Shown here piece after piece: positions 24,660 through 37,004 of a stretch of DNA of 64,000 bases. Each line of letters begins with the position of its first letter. Within the stretch, counting starts at the first letter, position 1. This stretch comes from Epiperipatus broadwayi (lineage: Eukaryota > Animalia > Onychophora), in the NCBI GenBank assembly GCA_028023455.1, contig JAQFVV010000002.1, positions 11,780,001-11,844,000 on the forward strand. The letters are read 5' to 3'. A program made the translations under genes and the position numbers. Below the pieces are notes generated by a model. It saw only the letters and a program-made list of their open reading frames with translations, was not told the DNA's origin and searched no databases.

Positions 24660-27600
24660 GATTATTTATCTTTTCAGCATATATGTGTTTAGGTGTATCA
24701 GTGTTATTAGATAGAGTGGAGAGAGGTGGGTGGTGTGAAAGTCTGTGCTCATATACCCTATATTAAATGATTGAAAGTATAAATTGGTGATATTTATCCT
24801 ATTAGTTTTGGTGCAATGTTAGAGTGATAGACTGAAGCTCAATCTACAAAGTTTATTTATTTTTCTAAGTATTTTATAAGATGGAATTTAAATAGGAACA
24901 GAACATCTAATGAGATATGACTGCATTTTAACAAATAACTGGAGGAAAACTATATATACGTATTTCTTTCTAAAATACCATCATGAAAACAAAACTGAAA
25001 CGTATATTTATAGAGATTTTAAAAGAAAACAAAATTGTATTTAAAAATTTTGTATTTATTAAGAGTATGTGCCATAACACATGTACTCAATTATAAATGG
25101 AAATCACAAAAACATTTTAATTTAAAAGAGTTTTGATTGAGATAAGTTTTTTTTTGTTGTTGTTGTTTGTTTTAATCTATTTTAAAATTCTAATTTATTA
25201 AAATTGGATAAAATAAAAAAAAGAGCCCTGGTTAAAACTTTTTAATTAAGATCTAATGAGAAATAAAGAAATTGCTCTGGTTAAAATTCTAATTAATACA
25301 TGGTGGGAGATAAAGACAGCCTAGTTAAATTTTAAGATCCAGCAGGAGATAACAAAGGCATATAAAAGCTTTGTGTTTTTGAAGAAGGAGTATATAAACT
25401 CTTTATATTTGCTAATTGCAGACTGCTTATAAAAAAATTATATTTTTGCTGATTGTGGACTGCTAATATAGATTGTTGTTTTCTTGGATTAATTGCAAAA
25501 GAAGATTGTAATTTGCCAATGCTAAAAAAAATCAGTCACAAAGAAAAAAAAAGTGAAAACACTTAAGACCAGAATTAGTGACCGTCCATTCATAATGCAG
25601 AAACTACTGATCTTAAAGAGCCCTATTAAATGTATGCAGTACTAAGCCATCTAAGATGAACCCCGGAGCTTGGAATTGTGCCGTCATAAACATGTCCTAA
25701 ATGCCTAGTTCAAGACTGATCCTGAAGATTGCCTTCATGCTTCCTGACCAGATAAATGGAGATCCAAAACCATCATAATATACTCTCAAGATAACTAAAA
25801 CCTTGTGCATATCACTGGAATCAATCAGACAGTAAAACTGAAGGTTTGAAAGTAACAGAACATTTTATAAACAGATATGCTGACATCACCAAAATGGAAA
25901 GGGAAATGATTTCTAATATTTTTTTTAAAAATTCCATATAATGGATAAAAAGTAATATTTGAATTGAATAAAGGCATATCAAAAAACAAATACCTCATAA
26001 AATATTAAATAATAAAATGCCCATTTCTATCATATTAAAAGATAGAAATCCTCTGTGTTTCAGATATAACAGAGTGGAGCAAATAGCAATTAATTGTGAT
26101 GTTGAAAGTTGTAAAAAGTTTAATAAAGTTAATAGATTGGATCACTTATGTAATATGGATAATGGTAGAACCTGGGCTAGTGTGGTGCTTTCTCAAACAA
26201 ATTGATGAAATTAATTTTGAAGCATAAAACATTGAGGAGACAATTAAAAAACTTAATAATAGTCCAAAATCTTCAATCTCATATACCTTATATGGGACTG
26301 AGTTTGGTGAAATACTCAATGAATGGGAAAATGAGCATACTAGCAATAATGAAACATCTCGCCAAATTGAAAAAGCCAGAATAAAAAAGATCATATTAAC
26401 AACTAAGTCAAGACTGCAAACAAGATACATGGGGAAAAAACTTTGTTGAGTCAAAACCAAACACAAAATAATAATTGAGCAATGGTGTCAGTTGATAGTT
26501 CAACACATTAGTGATAATAATAAACAAATAATAATAACTATCTATAAACATATAGACTCGAATAGAAGATTAAAAATAATGACACTAAATTTAAAAGGAA
26601 TTAATGGTTGAAATAAAGTAAATAAGATTTTAGACTATATACAAGAACATATAATCATAGAAACAAAGATAAATACTAACACATAATTTATATAACAAAT
26701 TATCTAGTTAAACACTATATTTCATTAAATAAACCTAATAATAGATCAGCTTAAGGCCTTGCAATGTTATTTAATACTAATTCAGATTTAAAGAGGATTC
26801 AGATTTTAACTTTATAGACAAATTATATAATTGTTTCATTTTTTGAAAAGTACTGCATTATTTGATGGCAATTTAATCCATAGCAAATATTTTTTTTTTT
26901 TAATTCTATATAATGTTTAAAACAAACTGCTTCAACACTCAGGTGTGATAAGATTGGTGGAGAGCTTAATTGTACATATAAAAACCTTTTCTTCTAAAGA
27001 AATTAAAGTATAAAATAAAAGAATTGTCCATCCATCCTTTTATTATAAAATAAGTATCCCACTAATACATACTCTTTTTCCAATAGTAGATTCTCATCAC
27101 TCATTGATTTTTCAGGACATAATTTAAATAATGCTAAAATAAATGCATCATTGATAGAATTTACTGAGTATTTAAGTATCAATTAATTGATGATTATGAG
27201 GAAGATAATATTTATGAATATTACTTTAAAAAATGTAACAGATGACATTACATTTACAGTAGATCAATTAGCTAATATTTTAGATATATTTAATTATTAT
27301 TCAAATAGTTCAAATCTATCACTTTATAAAGCATGGTATAAGATTTTTTAAAAAAGGAACCAAATGAATTATGCAGAAAAAAAACCAAGTATAAGTGCAG
27401 ATAGTGATAAATTAAAAATCAAATGAAACAAAGGATATTTAGATATGCAGAAAAAAGCTCCAATTATTATAATCTTTTAAGCCAAGTTATGAACTAATTA
27501 ATAATCTATAAGAGGAGTATGATAAATTACATCAACAAATTCAGCAGGGAAAGGAAAAAACAATAAGAAAGCTAATCCCTAACTTATGATTCCTATCAGA

Positions 27601-27969
27601 ACCAATAATTAACTAGGCCAAAATTTATAGCCCTCATACAAAAAGTATTTCTACAATTCTAGAAGCTCAAAATAAGCTTGCATCTGGTTTACATCTTGAT
27701 GAATATATTTATAAGATGTTAAAAATCAAGTTTGGTGAATCTGAAAATGAAATAAAAATATATGAAAACATTATTATGGGTGAGCATAAAGAATATATAA
27801 CTAAAGAAGAAATACTGGAAGATATTAATAAATTAAAGATAAAAATAAATCTTGAAAATGATGCAATCATATCATCTATTCATTTAGATAATGACTTAAT
27901 ATCAACAGTATGGAGATTTTATAATCAGATGTGTCACAAAAAAATGAATAGTTACACATTAATAAAAGA

Positions 27970-28431
27970 ATAATGTTTAGTACTACGGTGAGACTCGGGC
28001 TAACATCAACACAGAATTTACCAACACAGGTATACATACAACAGGATTAAAAATAAAAATGAAGGAACATCAATCTTCTGGAACCACAAAGCAGCTACAG
28101 GCCATGTGTTCGAATCCAGTTCTGCCCAAATAACTTGCACAGAGAAAAATGATGCCAAAAGAAAGGTCAAAGAAGCTTTTTACACAGCAAATGATCTCAG
28201 TGCCATTAATAGAAGAGAGGCATGCTTTGCTCTCTCCAAACAATGGACTAACTAATTAAAAATTCAACCTCATTTGCATATGTGTACAATAAATTACAAC
28301 AGTCTTCATTCGTAAAGCTATGAGTATGAGATTAGAATACTAAATCTCGAAAGCGCTAAGCAGACATATTAAACATTATACTATAATTACACTTCACTAA
28401 CACATGCGAAAAAATCGCATATGTATAATTG
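27970..28431 (+). mobile_element. Penelope-like 3' fragment (GIY-YIG C-terminus plus HHR), family E, nested in the L1/Tx1
   Basis: YYGETRAN...TGHVFESSSAQITCTEKNDAKRKVKEAFY...INRREACFALSKQW; 10-bp direct repeat taataaaaga at 27960-27969 / 28432-28441. Confidence 0.85.
28317..28361 (+). ncRNA. Variant-core hammerhead motif (A3-U8), family E
   Basis: gct ATGAGTA t gagatt-ag aata ct-a-aatctc GAAA gcgc TA agc; helix III palindrome AGCGCT; stem I only 3 bp. Confidence 0.6.
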
Positions 28432-29042
28432 TAATAAAAGAGCTAAACAGATACCAACCATAGAAGACCTAAGACATATTTCAATTGAAGATATTGACTC
28501 CAAAATATTAAATAGAATATTATTGAATAGATTACATCAGTTGATAAATAAAAACTATCTGCTGCACATCATGCTATAAAAAGAAGAAGAGCAGTGAATA
28601 TAGTTTTGAAAATTCAAGAAGCGATTAAATGTCAGAAAATTAAAATTGACAAATGTTTTGCAATGAAAATTGATTTTAAATTAGATTTGCTTTGGTAAAT
28701 TGGGAATACTTATTTAAAGCCCTAAAGCAGATATTACCAGAATGTAAAAAATTAGTTCAGTCAATAGAGAACTATATTAAAAACAGTAGAATCCCAATTA
28801 AAAACTATATGAGACACTCATAATTTTTTACTCCAGAAAAATGAATACCACAAGAATCACCATTAACTGCACTGTTCTTTGCAGTATATATAGATCAGAT
28901 AGTGAAAAATACTGAAAATCAGATGTCAGATCTTTATCTTTCTCATTTAGTTATGATGAGGTGAAAATAGCTTTTATTGATGATGTAGTAACATTTTTTC
29001 AAAATGTATATGATACCCAAATTGTTATGAATATCCTAAATA

Positions 29043-29324
29043 TCACAAGATCACATTTCCTATACTAGCACATTAATTGTGGATAAACAGAGCAAACTCT
29101 CCATACAGTATTGCCACCTGTGCTAAACAGAGTAATCAATGGATGCCAGAAGGCTTGTGCAGATCCAAAGCTCCTCACTGACGAAGGCCACAAGCCAGAA
29201 ACTAGTCTGGGGATATTGGATGAGTAGGCACTAGATAGGGATTTTATGCACAAGCCTTCTGGCATCCATTGATTACTCTGTTTAGCACAGGTGGCAATAC
29301 TGTATGGAGAGTTTTGCTCTGTTT
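29043..29324. mobile_element. Family A copy 3 (truncated arm plus tail, then inverted full arm)
   Basis: 13-bp perfect TSD aatatcctaaata at 29030-29042 / 29325-29337; near-identical arms. Confidence 0.92.
29172..29213 (+). ncRNA. Minimal type-I hammerhead motif (family A)
   Basis: tcctca CTGACGA a ggc cacaa gcc a GAAA ctag TC tgggga; predicted cleavage 3' of 29207. Confidence 0.7.
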
Positions 29325-29876
29325 AATATCCTAAATAGTTTTCAAAAAGATACAATGTCTTCTATACAATCATTAAAATCTACAGATTGGTAAGTGATTA
29401 TATGTAGAAAGATATCACCAGAATTTCAAGCAATTCCATTAGTGTTTTCAGAAATCTCATTTTATATGTCAAAAACAGACATAAATCCATATTTAAACAT
29501 GATAGTAATAGATAAAAGCAATAAAACATAACTTTTTCTCATTAATTATTGCTAAAACTAGAATTTTTAATGTTGTTGATATAGGAGTCCTAGATTATTA
29601 TCCACCATGGATGTGTGTTTTTGATATAACAGTAAATAAATTGAATAAGGTAGTAAAGAATTATATTTGGGGGAAATCTTCACACTTATTATTAATTTCA
29701 ATATTACATTTATCAATTGATCAAGGAGGCTTCAATCTTATTGATCCAAAATTATATGTGTCATATATAAAAGCATGAACATATATTAATAAAATACAAG
29801 TCAAATATTTTGTTTTGCTCTTACCAGATGCTAATTTAATTTATAAAATTGAAAACGATAGAAGATCATTTTATGG

Positions 29877-30640
29877 TAAACAAAGAGCTTTGCTAATTGC
29901 TCAACAAGCTTTGTGATAAATGCTTATCAAGAGAAAGCATATTAAAATATCTCTATCAGAAACCACACCCAATCCCCTGACCAATGGTTTCATGCTTTGG
30001 CACTCCTCAGAGAGATGCTAGGATAGTTTCAGACACTAGATCTAAAAATACCAAACCAAAGCCAGCATTTATTTAAGAGATAACCATTGAATAGAACATC
30101 TGAAATTTTTAGACACTTAAATGTCTTCAAACCCTGCTATCTAACTCAAATAGTTATATGGGGCTCAGAGATCTTCAGCCAAACCATATATTATATGACT
30201 CTATTTTTTATTTATTTATTTTTATTGACTATTTATAGTCTTTGCTTTAAGTCTTAAGTGATGTTATATTGCTAAGACTACTAATATTTGGTTTGGCTGA
30301 AGATCTCTCAGCCCCATGTAGTTATTTGAGTTAGATAGCTGAATTTAAAGATATTTAAGTGTCTGAAAATTTCAGATTTTCTACTCAATGGTTAACTCTT
30401 AGATAAATACTGGCTTTGGGTTGGTATTTTTAGATCTAGGGTCTGAAACTATCCTAGTGCCTCTCCGAGGAGTGCCAAAGCATGAAACCATTGGTCAGGA
30501 GATTGAGGGTGGTTTCTGATAGAGATATTTTAAATACTTTCTCTTGCTCAGCATTTATCACAAAGCTTGTTGAGCAATTAGCAAAGCTTTTTGTTTATAT
30601 TTTACAAACTTAAAAAAAGAAGAGGAGTCATGTGATATAT
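29877..30640. mobile_element. Family G hairpin, ~310-bp arms, HHR motif in each arm
   Basis: Arms 29877-30186 / 30289-30597; minus-strand HHR 29973-30016: tctct CTGAGGA gtgc caaa gcat GAAA ccattgg TC agggga; plus copy has core CCGAGGA (30465-30471); tail ends catgtgat at ~30629-30636. Confidence 0.85.
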
Positions 30641-31304
30641 GACTATTTTTTATTGACCATTTTATGGTGTTTTATTTGTAGCATTTAAAGAATTTCAGGA
30701 TGACATAAACTTAAGTAGTATGGTTAACATTAAATATAATGATTTTAAAAATACTAATAAACAATGTTCAGTACATTTGAATAAAAGTATCAGTGATTAA
30801 GGTTATCAAGAATCTTCACAAAATATGTGCTCCACAATCATACAACAAATTCTGTTTCAAATTTTTAAATGGCTTTCTACCAACAAAAATTTATTTAAAT
30901 GTTTGGCTAAATATAAATTTTGAACCTTCCTGCATTTTTTATAATATTTTTTCAATTATTTGAGTAATATGTAGCATTTAAACTTTTAAAATCAAAAGTA
31001 TTTCATGCTCCTATATAAATTTAAAAAGAGAAATTACAGACAATATTAAAAGATTTAATCCACATAATGCAATGTTTTTGTTTAGTATTCTAAAAACTAT
31101 ATGGATAATAAGATGTGAAATGATTTTTGATAATAGTAAATATAATTGATTAAAAAACATGATAATGATTGGAATAATTATTTTAATGATTGCATTTGAT
31201 AACTCCCAAAAAAGATAACAGAAAAAAAATAATCTAGCACTGGTCTATCTTCATATGAATCATGAAAATAATATAAAAACGGAAAAAAAAGTATTATTTA
31301 ATTA

Positions 31305-31620
31305 AAAGAAACTTCAACATTTTTAGAGCATTCCAAGAAGACAGGACATTTGTTTGAACCTTCCAGCCCTAAAATAGTCTGTATTCAGAAAAATGACATC
31401 AAGCGGAAAATCAGAGAAGCATATTTTATTAATGGCAATAATAACTCCATCAATAGACGAGATACCTGCTTTGACATCTCCAAACATTGGACTATCTAGT
31501 TCATTTGCATATGCTTTGCATACTGTTTTGTTTCCCTTGCCCTATTTTTTCATTCTGCAGCTCACAGTACCACTATGAATATGAGGCAAAAGACCTCGAA
31601 AGCGCTTAGCGTGTAATAAT
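31305..31620 (+). mobile_element. Penelope-like 3' fragment, family E copy 2
   Basis: EHSKKTGHLFEPSSPKIVCIQKNDIKRKIREAYF...INRRDTCFDISKHW, homologous to 27970-28431. Confidence 0.85.
31571..31613 (+). ncRNA. Variant-core hammerhead motif (A3-U8), family E copy 2
   Basis: cact ATGAATA t gagg caaaaga cctc GAAA gcgc TT agcgtg; helix III palindrome AGCGCT; stem I imperfect. Confidence 0.55.
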
Positions 31621-32445
31621 TTCTGTGTATCTTTATAGCTTCTCATTCAAGTGTGGCATACGCTTTGTTAATTTTGTATATTAAATTATCGAATAAGAAG
31701 TCTTAAAATCTTTAATACTTTAAAAAAACATTTATAAAAATAAGTAATTTAAAATTTATATGCAAATAATTATTGTAAAAATGTACATAACTTTGGTTTT
31801 TTGTTAATAAAGATTTTACTTAAAATATAAAAAAAATAAAATGCATGTTACAAAAAATATTAAACCTTTAAATTACATTAAAGATCAAAAAATAATAGAT
31901 AAATATGTATATGAAACATTTTATATTAAGCATAACTTAAATAATTATATAAATATTTATAAAACAATAAATTTAGTTAAAAACTGGTCAATTGAAAATG
32001 AATGGAAAAGTATATAAGATATTATATATAAAGTTGTATAGTATATGTAATATTTTATTCTATACATTATGTTATATAGTCAATTCTTTGAAATCATGTT
32101 GAATCACTATATGAAATTTTTTTATTCTATTTTACTGGTTATTGTTATTTTATTTCCATTATAGAATATTAGTTAGAGTTCTATCTGCAATATTTGGTTA
32201 AGATTAAAACAGATATTTAACATTTAAAAAAAGCACCAAACTATGTGCCAAAAAAAGATTTTTATATGTAATTATTATTAATATATATTTATATAGCCGT
32301 TGAATATGATGGTTTTATTATTTAGTATAATTTATATGAAATAACAGTATAATGGACTTCATCAATTTCCATTTTTAACAATCATATATATATATTAATA
32401 TATAGCTAAACTATCATAAGATTCTAAATCACTCTTTAATAGTAC

Positions 32446-32754
32446 ATATAGGGGATTTGAACTCAGACTTTCAAACCCCTTCACTATCCATACTATCTCA
32501 TACTACTGATACACATGACCACACACATGCAGAAAAGATAAATAATCACCAATATACATATTTTGTGCTAAACCAGCACTCACCAGTTGGTTTAGCATGA
32601 AATACATATATTGATGGTTATTTATCTTTTCTGCATTGAGTGGTCATGTTTATGAGTAGTATGAGATAGTGCAATGAAGGGGATTGAAAGTTTGAGCTCA
32701 AATCCCCTATATTTACAATTAGATTCCAGGTATAAGAGTGCCTGGTATTTCAAA
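32446..32754. mobile_element. Family B hairpin folded back inside the ribozyme
   Basis: Arms 32446-32573 / 32588-32712; tail on right arm; 13-bp TSD tcttta(a/g)tagtac at 32433-32445 / 32755-32767. Confidence 0.88.
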
Positions 32755-33229
32755 TCTTTAGTAGTACCTAATATTTTTTCCCAATGTTGATAAAGTTTTA
32801 GAATAAATCTATTCTTCATAATTTGATATCAAAATTAGTTTTTTTTTTAAATAAAAAAACATTATAGATCAAAATAAAGATGTGATTTTATAAAAGATTA
32901 TAGATGTTCAAAAAAAAAAAACAATTGCTACAACAAAATCATTAGTTATCATTGGCAATAATAATGAACTCAAAAAACTAGCAAATTGGACTAGAATGTT
33001 TTATTGGGATTAGAAAAACCATACAGAGACAATAAAAAAATATCTAGAAGAGGAACATATGGAAATAGAGAAATTAGAAAATTTTTTTTTTTTAAATTTA
33101 TACTAGAGTAAAACTGTTAGTGTGGAGAAACCAAGCTCACAAGAATGAAGTAGTAATTGAAAATAGAAATAATACATTATTAGTGAAAATTAATTGAACA
33201 AAATTGATTAAATTTATATGATAAATAAG

Positions 33230-33470
33230 CCTTCATTAGTACTAATTAAAAAAGAATTGTTTAAAGATAAAATAGTTTGTGCAATAATGAGAATGAAAAC
33301 TGACAAACCAGTGGAAATTGATAAGATTCCATTAAAATTATTAAAGGCTGTGAGAAAAGTTTTAGAAAATTGCTTGATATTTATAAACAGTCAATAGATA
33401 TCTTTACAATACATCTAATTCCACTAAAAAAATAATCTAATTCAATGGATTATTAAAATTTTTAAAAGTT
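33230..33470 (+). mobile_element. LINE RT N-terminal fragment (RTE/CR1-like)
   Basis: KIVCAIMRMKTDKPVEIDKIPLKLLKAV resembles the AI..MK.GKA.G.D.IP.ELLK motif. Confidence 0.5.
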
Positions 33471-34004
33471 AGCTCAATCTCCTATATAGCTAAACTATTA
33501 CTAAGAATTCCTCTAAGTAGACAAAATTTGAATTAATATTTATTTTGTTAATCTTCAAAAAGCATTGTTAGTTGTGTTTTTTAAAAAAAATGTACATAAA
33601 TTAAAAAATATATACTATATTAAATAGTTTTCTTATGGAAAAACAACTATAAAAATATAACAATTTTAATAATCCCATAAATATTTTATGACATCAAATA
33701 TGTAACATTGATATAAATGTATTCATGGAACAACCAAACTTAAAAACATTATTACTGTAATCAACAAATCAGATTCCCAAAGCATCATTTGAATAAGTTG
33801 CATGTAACTCCCAACTTTTCTTATATCAATACTAATATATTTGGATTGTTAATAATTATAGTAACATTTTTGGATTTGTTTGTCTTATGAATAGGTTTAT
33901 AAAAAAACAGTGTATGGCAAGAATGTTGTTTTATGTGCAGTTTAAAATGGTACTTAAATATTAGACTTGCAGCATGTGATAGTGACATTAGAATGCTGTA
34001 ACTT

Positions 34005-34149
34005 TTCCAGTGTGTGTGTGTGTGGGGGGGATGTTTGCAATGGCAGAATGCCATATTAAAAAGTCACAACCATGCATCCTACCATTGTCAACACCTTCAT
34101 TACCACACACATACTGGAGAAATATATGGCATTCTCCCACCTCAAACAC
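34005..34149. repeat. Interleaved inverted repeats (A-B-A'-B')
   Basis: ttccagtgtgtg...gg (34005-34026) vs ccacacacatactggagaa (34103-34121); agaatgccatat (~34045-34056) vs atatggcattct (~34124-34135). Confidence 0.7.
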
Positions 34150-34423
34150 ATTCAGCAGGTCTAATATGTAAGTATCCTTAAAATATATTTCAGATGAGTT
34201 GTTAAATTAATGTCATTTTGATGAAAATTTAGTTCTTGAGAATAGAAGGGTTAATTTTAAAAGAGAGTCATGTTACATAAACCTGACAAAGCTTATAGAA
34301 AATTCAGATTAAAAATAATTGTAAATATAAATAAGGCGGTCAAAATAGAATGAAAAAAATAAGAGTAAGCTCTCATAAGAAATTTTAGAACAGATTAGTT
34401 CTTTTATATATAGAATAACGTTT

Positions 34424-34533
34424 CAAACAATTCAAAACAAAGCAAAACTCTCCATATAGTAGTGCCATCTTTGTTTTGAATTGTTTAATAACAATTATGT
34501 GCTAGTATGAGATAGTGATCATGTGATGTTTAG
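34424..34533. mobile_element. Family A copy 4, collapsed mini-hairpin plus tail (no HHR)
   Basis: 18-bp perfect arms 34425-34442 / 34469-34486 around a family A terminal fragment; 13-bp TSD tagaataac(g/a)ttt at 34411-34423 / 34534-34546. Confidence 0.8.
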
Positions 34534-35281
34534 TAGAATAACATTTGATATATATATATATAATTGCAAAGAAAATAAAATGCAAGTTGCAATGGTTAAG
34601 CAGGTTTGAATAAAGGTAGAAAGTTATTTTGTGAGCACATTGAAATTAGATCTTAGAGCAAAACTTTTTAAAGGTGTTCAGAGTTATAACTTTACATGAA
34701 AGGATAATATTGATAATTAGTAACAAAAGATTGAAAGCTTTAAAGATATACATTTAATGGAGAATGATAAGATCAGAATGTAGAAGTATTAAAAAGAGTA
34801 AGTAAAGAAAGACTATTTTTTGAGGAAATTTATGAAAAGAAGCTGAACTGCAAAATGTTTTAAATCAGACATATTGTAAAATATGTTGAAAGGGATTGTA
34901 GGAAATATAAAAACAATAAGAAAAAAAAATAGGACAATGAAACAAAATGTTTGAGAATAAAGTCTGGTTCTAAATGTGAGATCTAATATTTCACAGATAA
35001 TTAATGACAATGATAAAAGCAGTGATACAAGTATTATAAAATAAAATCTATTAATCAAGAATTAATCAAAACTAAATGTCTTTATTAAAACGTTATTCTT
35101 TATCATTAAGTGGTTAGTTTTGCCTACATTATTTGTAGAAAGTTTTAATTAATAATAACAACAAATCTGTTTGACAATAATTAAACACTCAAAAAAATTG
35201 ATCAGCAAGTGTGAGCCAATTTTAACATATGCAAATATGTAAATCACCAAAGTTGTTTTTTAAGAAAGATAAATAGAAATA

Positions 35282-35584
35282 AATCACTAAACATCACATG
35301 ATCACCATCTCTTATGCTAGCACATAACTATGATGAAAGAGGCAAAACTCTCCATACAGTAGTGCCACCCTGTCCCAAACAGAGTAATCAATGGATGCCA
35401 AAGGCTTGTACAGTGCTCTCAGATCCAAGGCTCCTCACTGACAAAGGCCACAAGCCAGAAACTAGTCTGGGGATATTGGATGAGTAGGCACTAGATGGGG
35501 ATTTTATGCACAAGCCATCTGGCATCCATTGATTACTCTGGTTGGCAAAGAGTGGCACTATTGTATGGAGAGTTTTCCTGTTTA
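35282..35584. mobile_element. Family A copy 5
   Basis: 13-bp perfect TSD ataaatagaaata at 35269-35281 / 35585-35597; HHR on plus strand with core CTGACAA (35438-35444). Confidence 0.9.
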
Positions 35585-37004
35585 ATAAATAGAAATACAA
35601 ATCATCCTCTTACTATTGAATGATAATCAAGAGTAATCAATTAATTATAATATTTATTGAAGGTTATTTGAGTTTGTTCTAAAAAATGACACCCCCCCAA
35701 AGGAATGATAAAAATTGCACCAGACATGATTCAATATGTGACAAAATGCTATAATTAAATTTATTAAAGCAACATATCTAAATGAACAAAGAGAAATGTT
35801 TTATAGCAATAATTGTTTTGTGTAACCATCATATAATTGAATTGGCATGAAAAATATCCATGATTACTCAATACAATAATAAAATGTTCAAAACAATTCT
35901 AGAAGTAGTAGTCTTACAATTGCTGTGTATATTCTTGATAGATTAGAAGTCCAGAAATTGAGATAAAAATGCATGAATATTTTTTTAGAGATGATTGAAA
36001 GATTTTGATGAAATACCATTGAAAAGAAATAAATAGGCAATACAATTTCTACAAAGTGCCATCAAAACCATTCATCTGAATATGTATGAAATGCTCAAAT
36101 AACTTAAGATAACAATGAATAATAATCGTTGAACTAATCTTCCATGGTCACATTATCATGAAAGATGAAATTATTGATTATTGAACCTAATATATTGCAG
36201 GTAGCTATTTACATAATATTCAAATATTGTAGCTCTGATGAAGACTGTTGGACAGTCAAAACGGTAAGGAAAATGAAATGTTTTAAGAAAATTTGTTTGC
36301 ATTGAAACATATATGAAAGAGGTATTATAAGCAATATACATAATATTATCTGAGTATAGTGATACTTTGTGGTTAATGGAAAATGTTGCAAATCTCATTT
36401 GAAGATACTAAAACTTACAAATTTTTCATTGACAGTCCTATAGAAAATTATGTTGTTATTTTTTTTTTTAATGTCAGATGATAAATATAGCAATCAGTTT
36501 GAGTTGACAACTATCTCAGTACATCAGCACATGCTTCTACTATGACAAATATCACACTAAATACATGTTAACAAATTCTGTGCTGCTTAATACAGAAATA
36601 GAATGATGGACTAAAGAACTACAGATCCTTGGATTGAAACTCAATACTGTCTTTTTCAGTGCTCAAATATCATGCAATTTTCTGAGAAGAAAAGTATTTG
36701 ATTATATATTTTAACATAATACCTATTTGTATTTGTATACTATTGGAAATAAATCTTAGATATAATAAAATATCTTTATCTAACAACAATATATATATAT
36801 GACAATATCTGTAATATAGTCATATAATCATAACACATAAAAATAACATAAAAAAGCTCTTTTTGGCAAATTTTAAATTTTTGCCCTTTTCAATATGTCA
36901 TAATTACAAAAATAACCTATATCGCATACATAGTGACATCTAACGGCTCTATATAAAATTAATACAAGCCTATAATTACTTAAATATCTTTATAATAACA
37001 AATA

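Larger units (their letters stand above)
24259..24763. mobile_element. Family B hairpin insertion, near-perfect ~197-bp arms
   Basis: Arms 24303-24499 / 24568-24765; left arm has a ~45-nt tail; 13-bp TSD taaatgattgaaa at 24246-24258 / 24764-24776. Confidence 0.92.
25220..31290 (+). mobile_element. Near full-length decayed L1/Tx1-clade LINE with nested insertions
   Basis: Three 44-49-bp 5' monomers (25228, 25277, 25321); ORF1 knuckle remnant CFRYNRVEQIAINC with exact CX2CX4HX4C spacing (26056); APE start LKIMTLNLKGING (~26570); RT motifs LRHISIEDIDSKILNRILLNRL, VNWEYLFKAL, PQESPLTALFF, KIAFIDDV; zf-RVT-like FLNGFLPTK and KTIWIIR (~30860-31130). Confidence 0.85.

Noticed and set aside
36850-36897. 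Possible U3-A8 variant hammerhead 3' of the GIY-YIG ORF (ttgaaaa g ggcaaa...tttgcc aaaa)
   Set aside because: Stem II and position fit, but GAAA, helix III and the cleavage site are too decayed, and there is only one copy.
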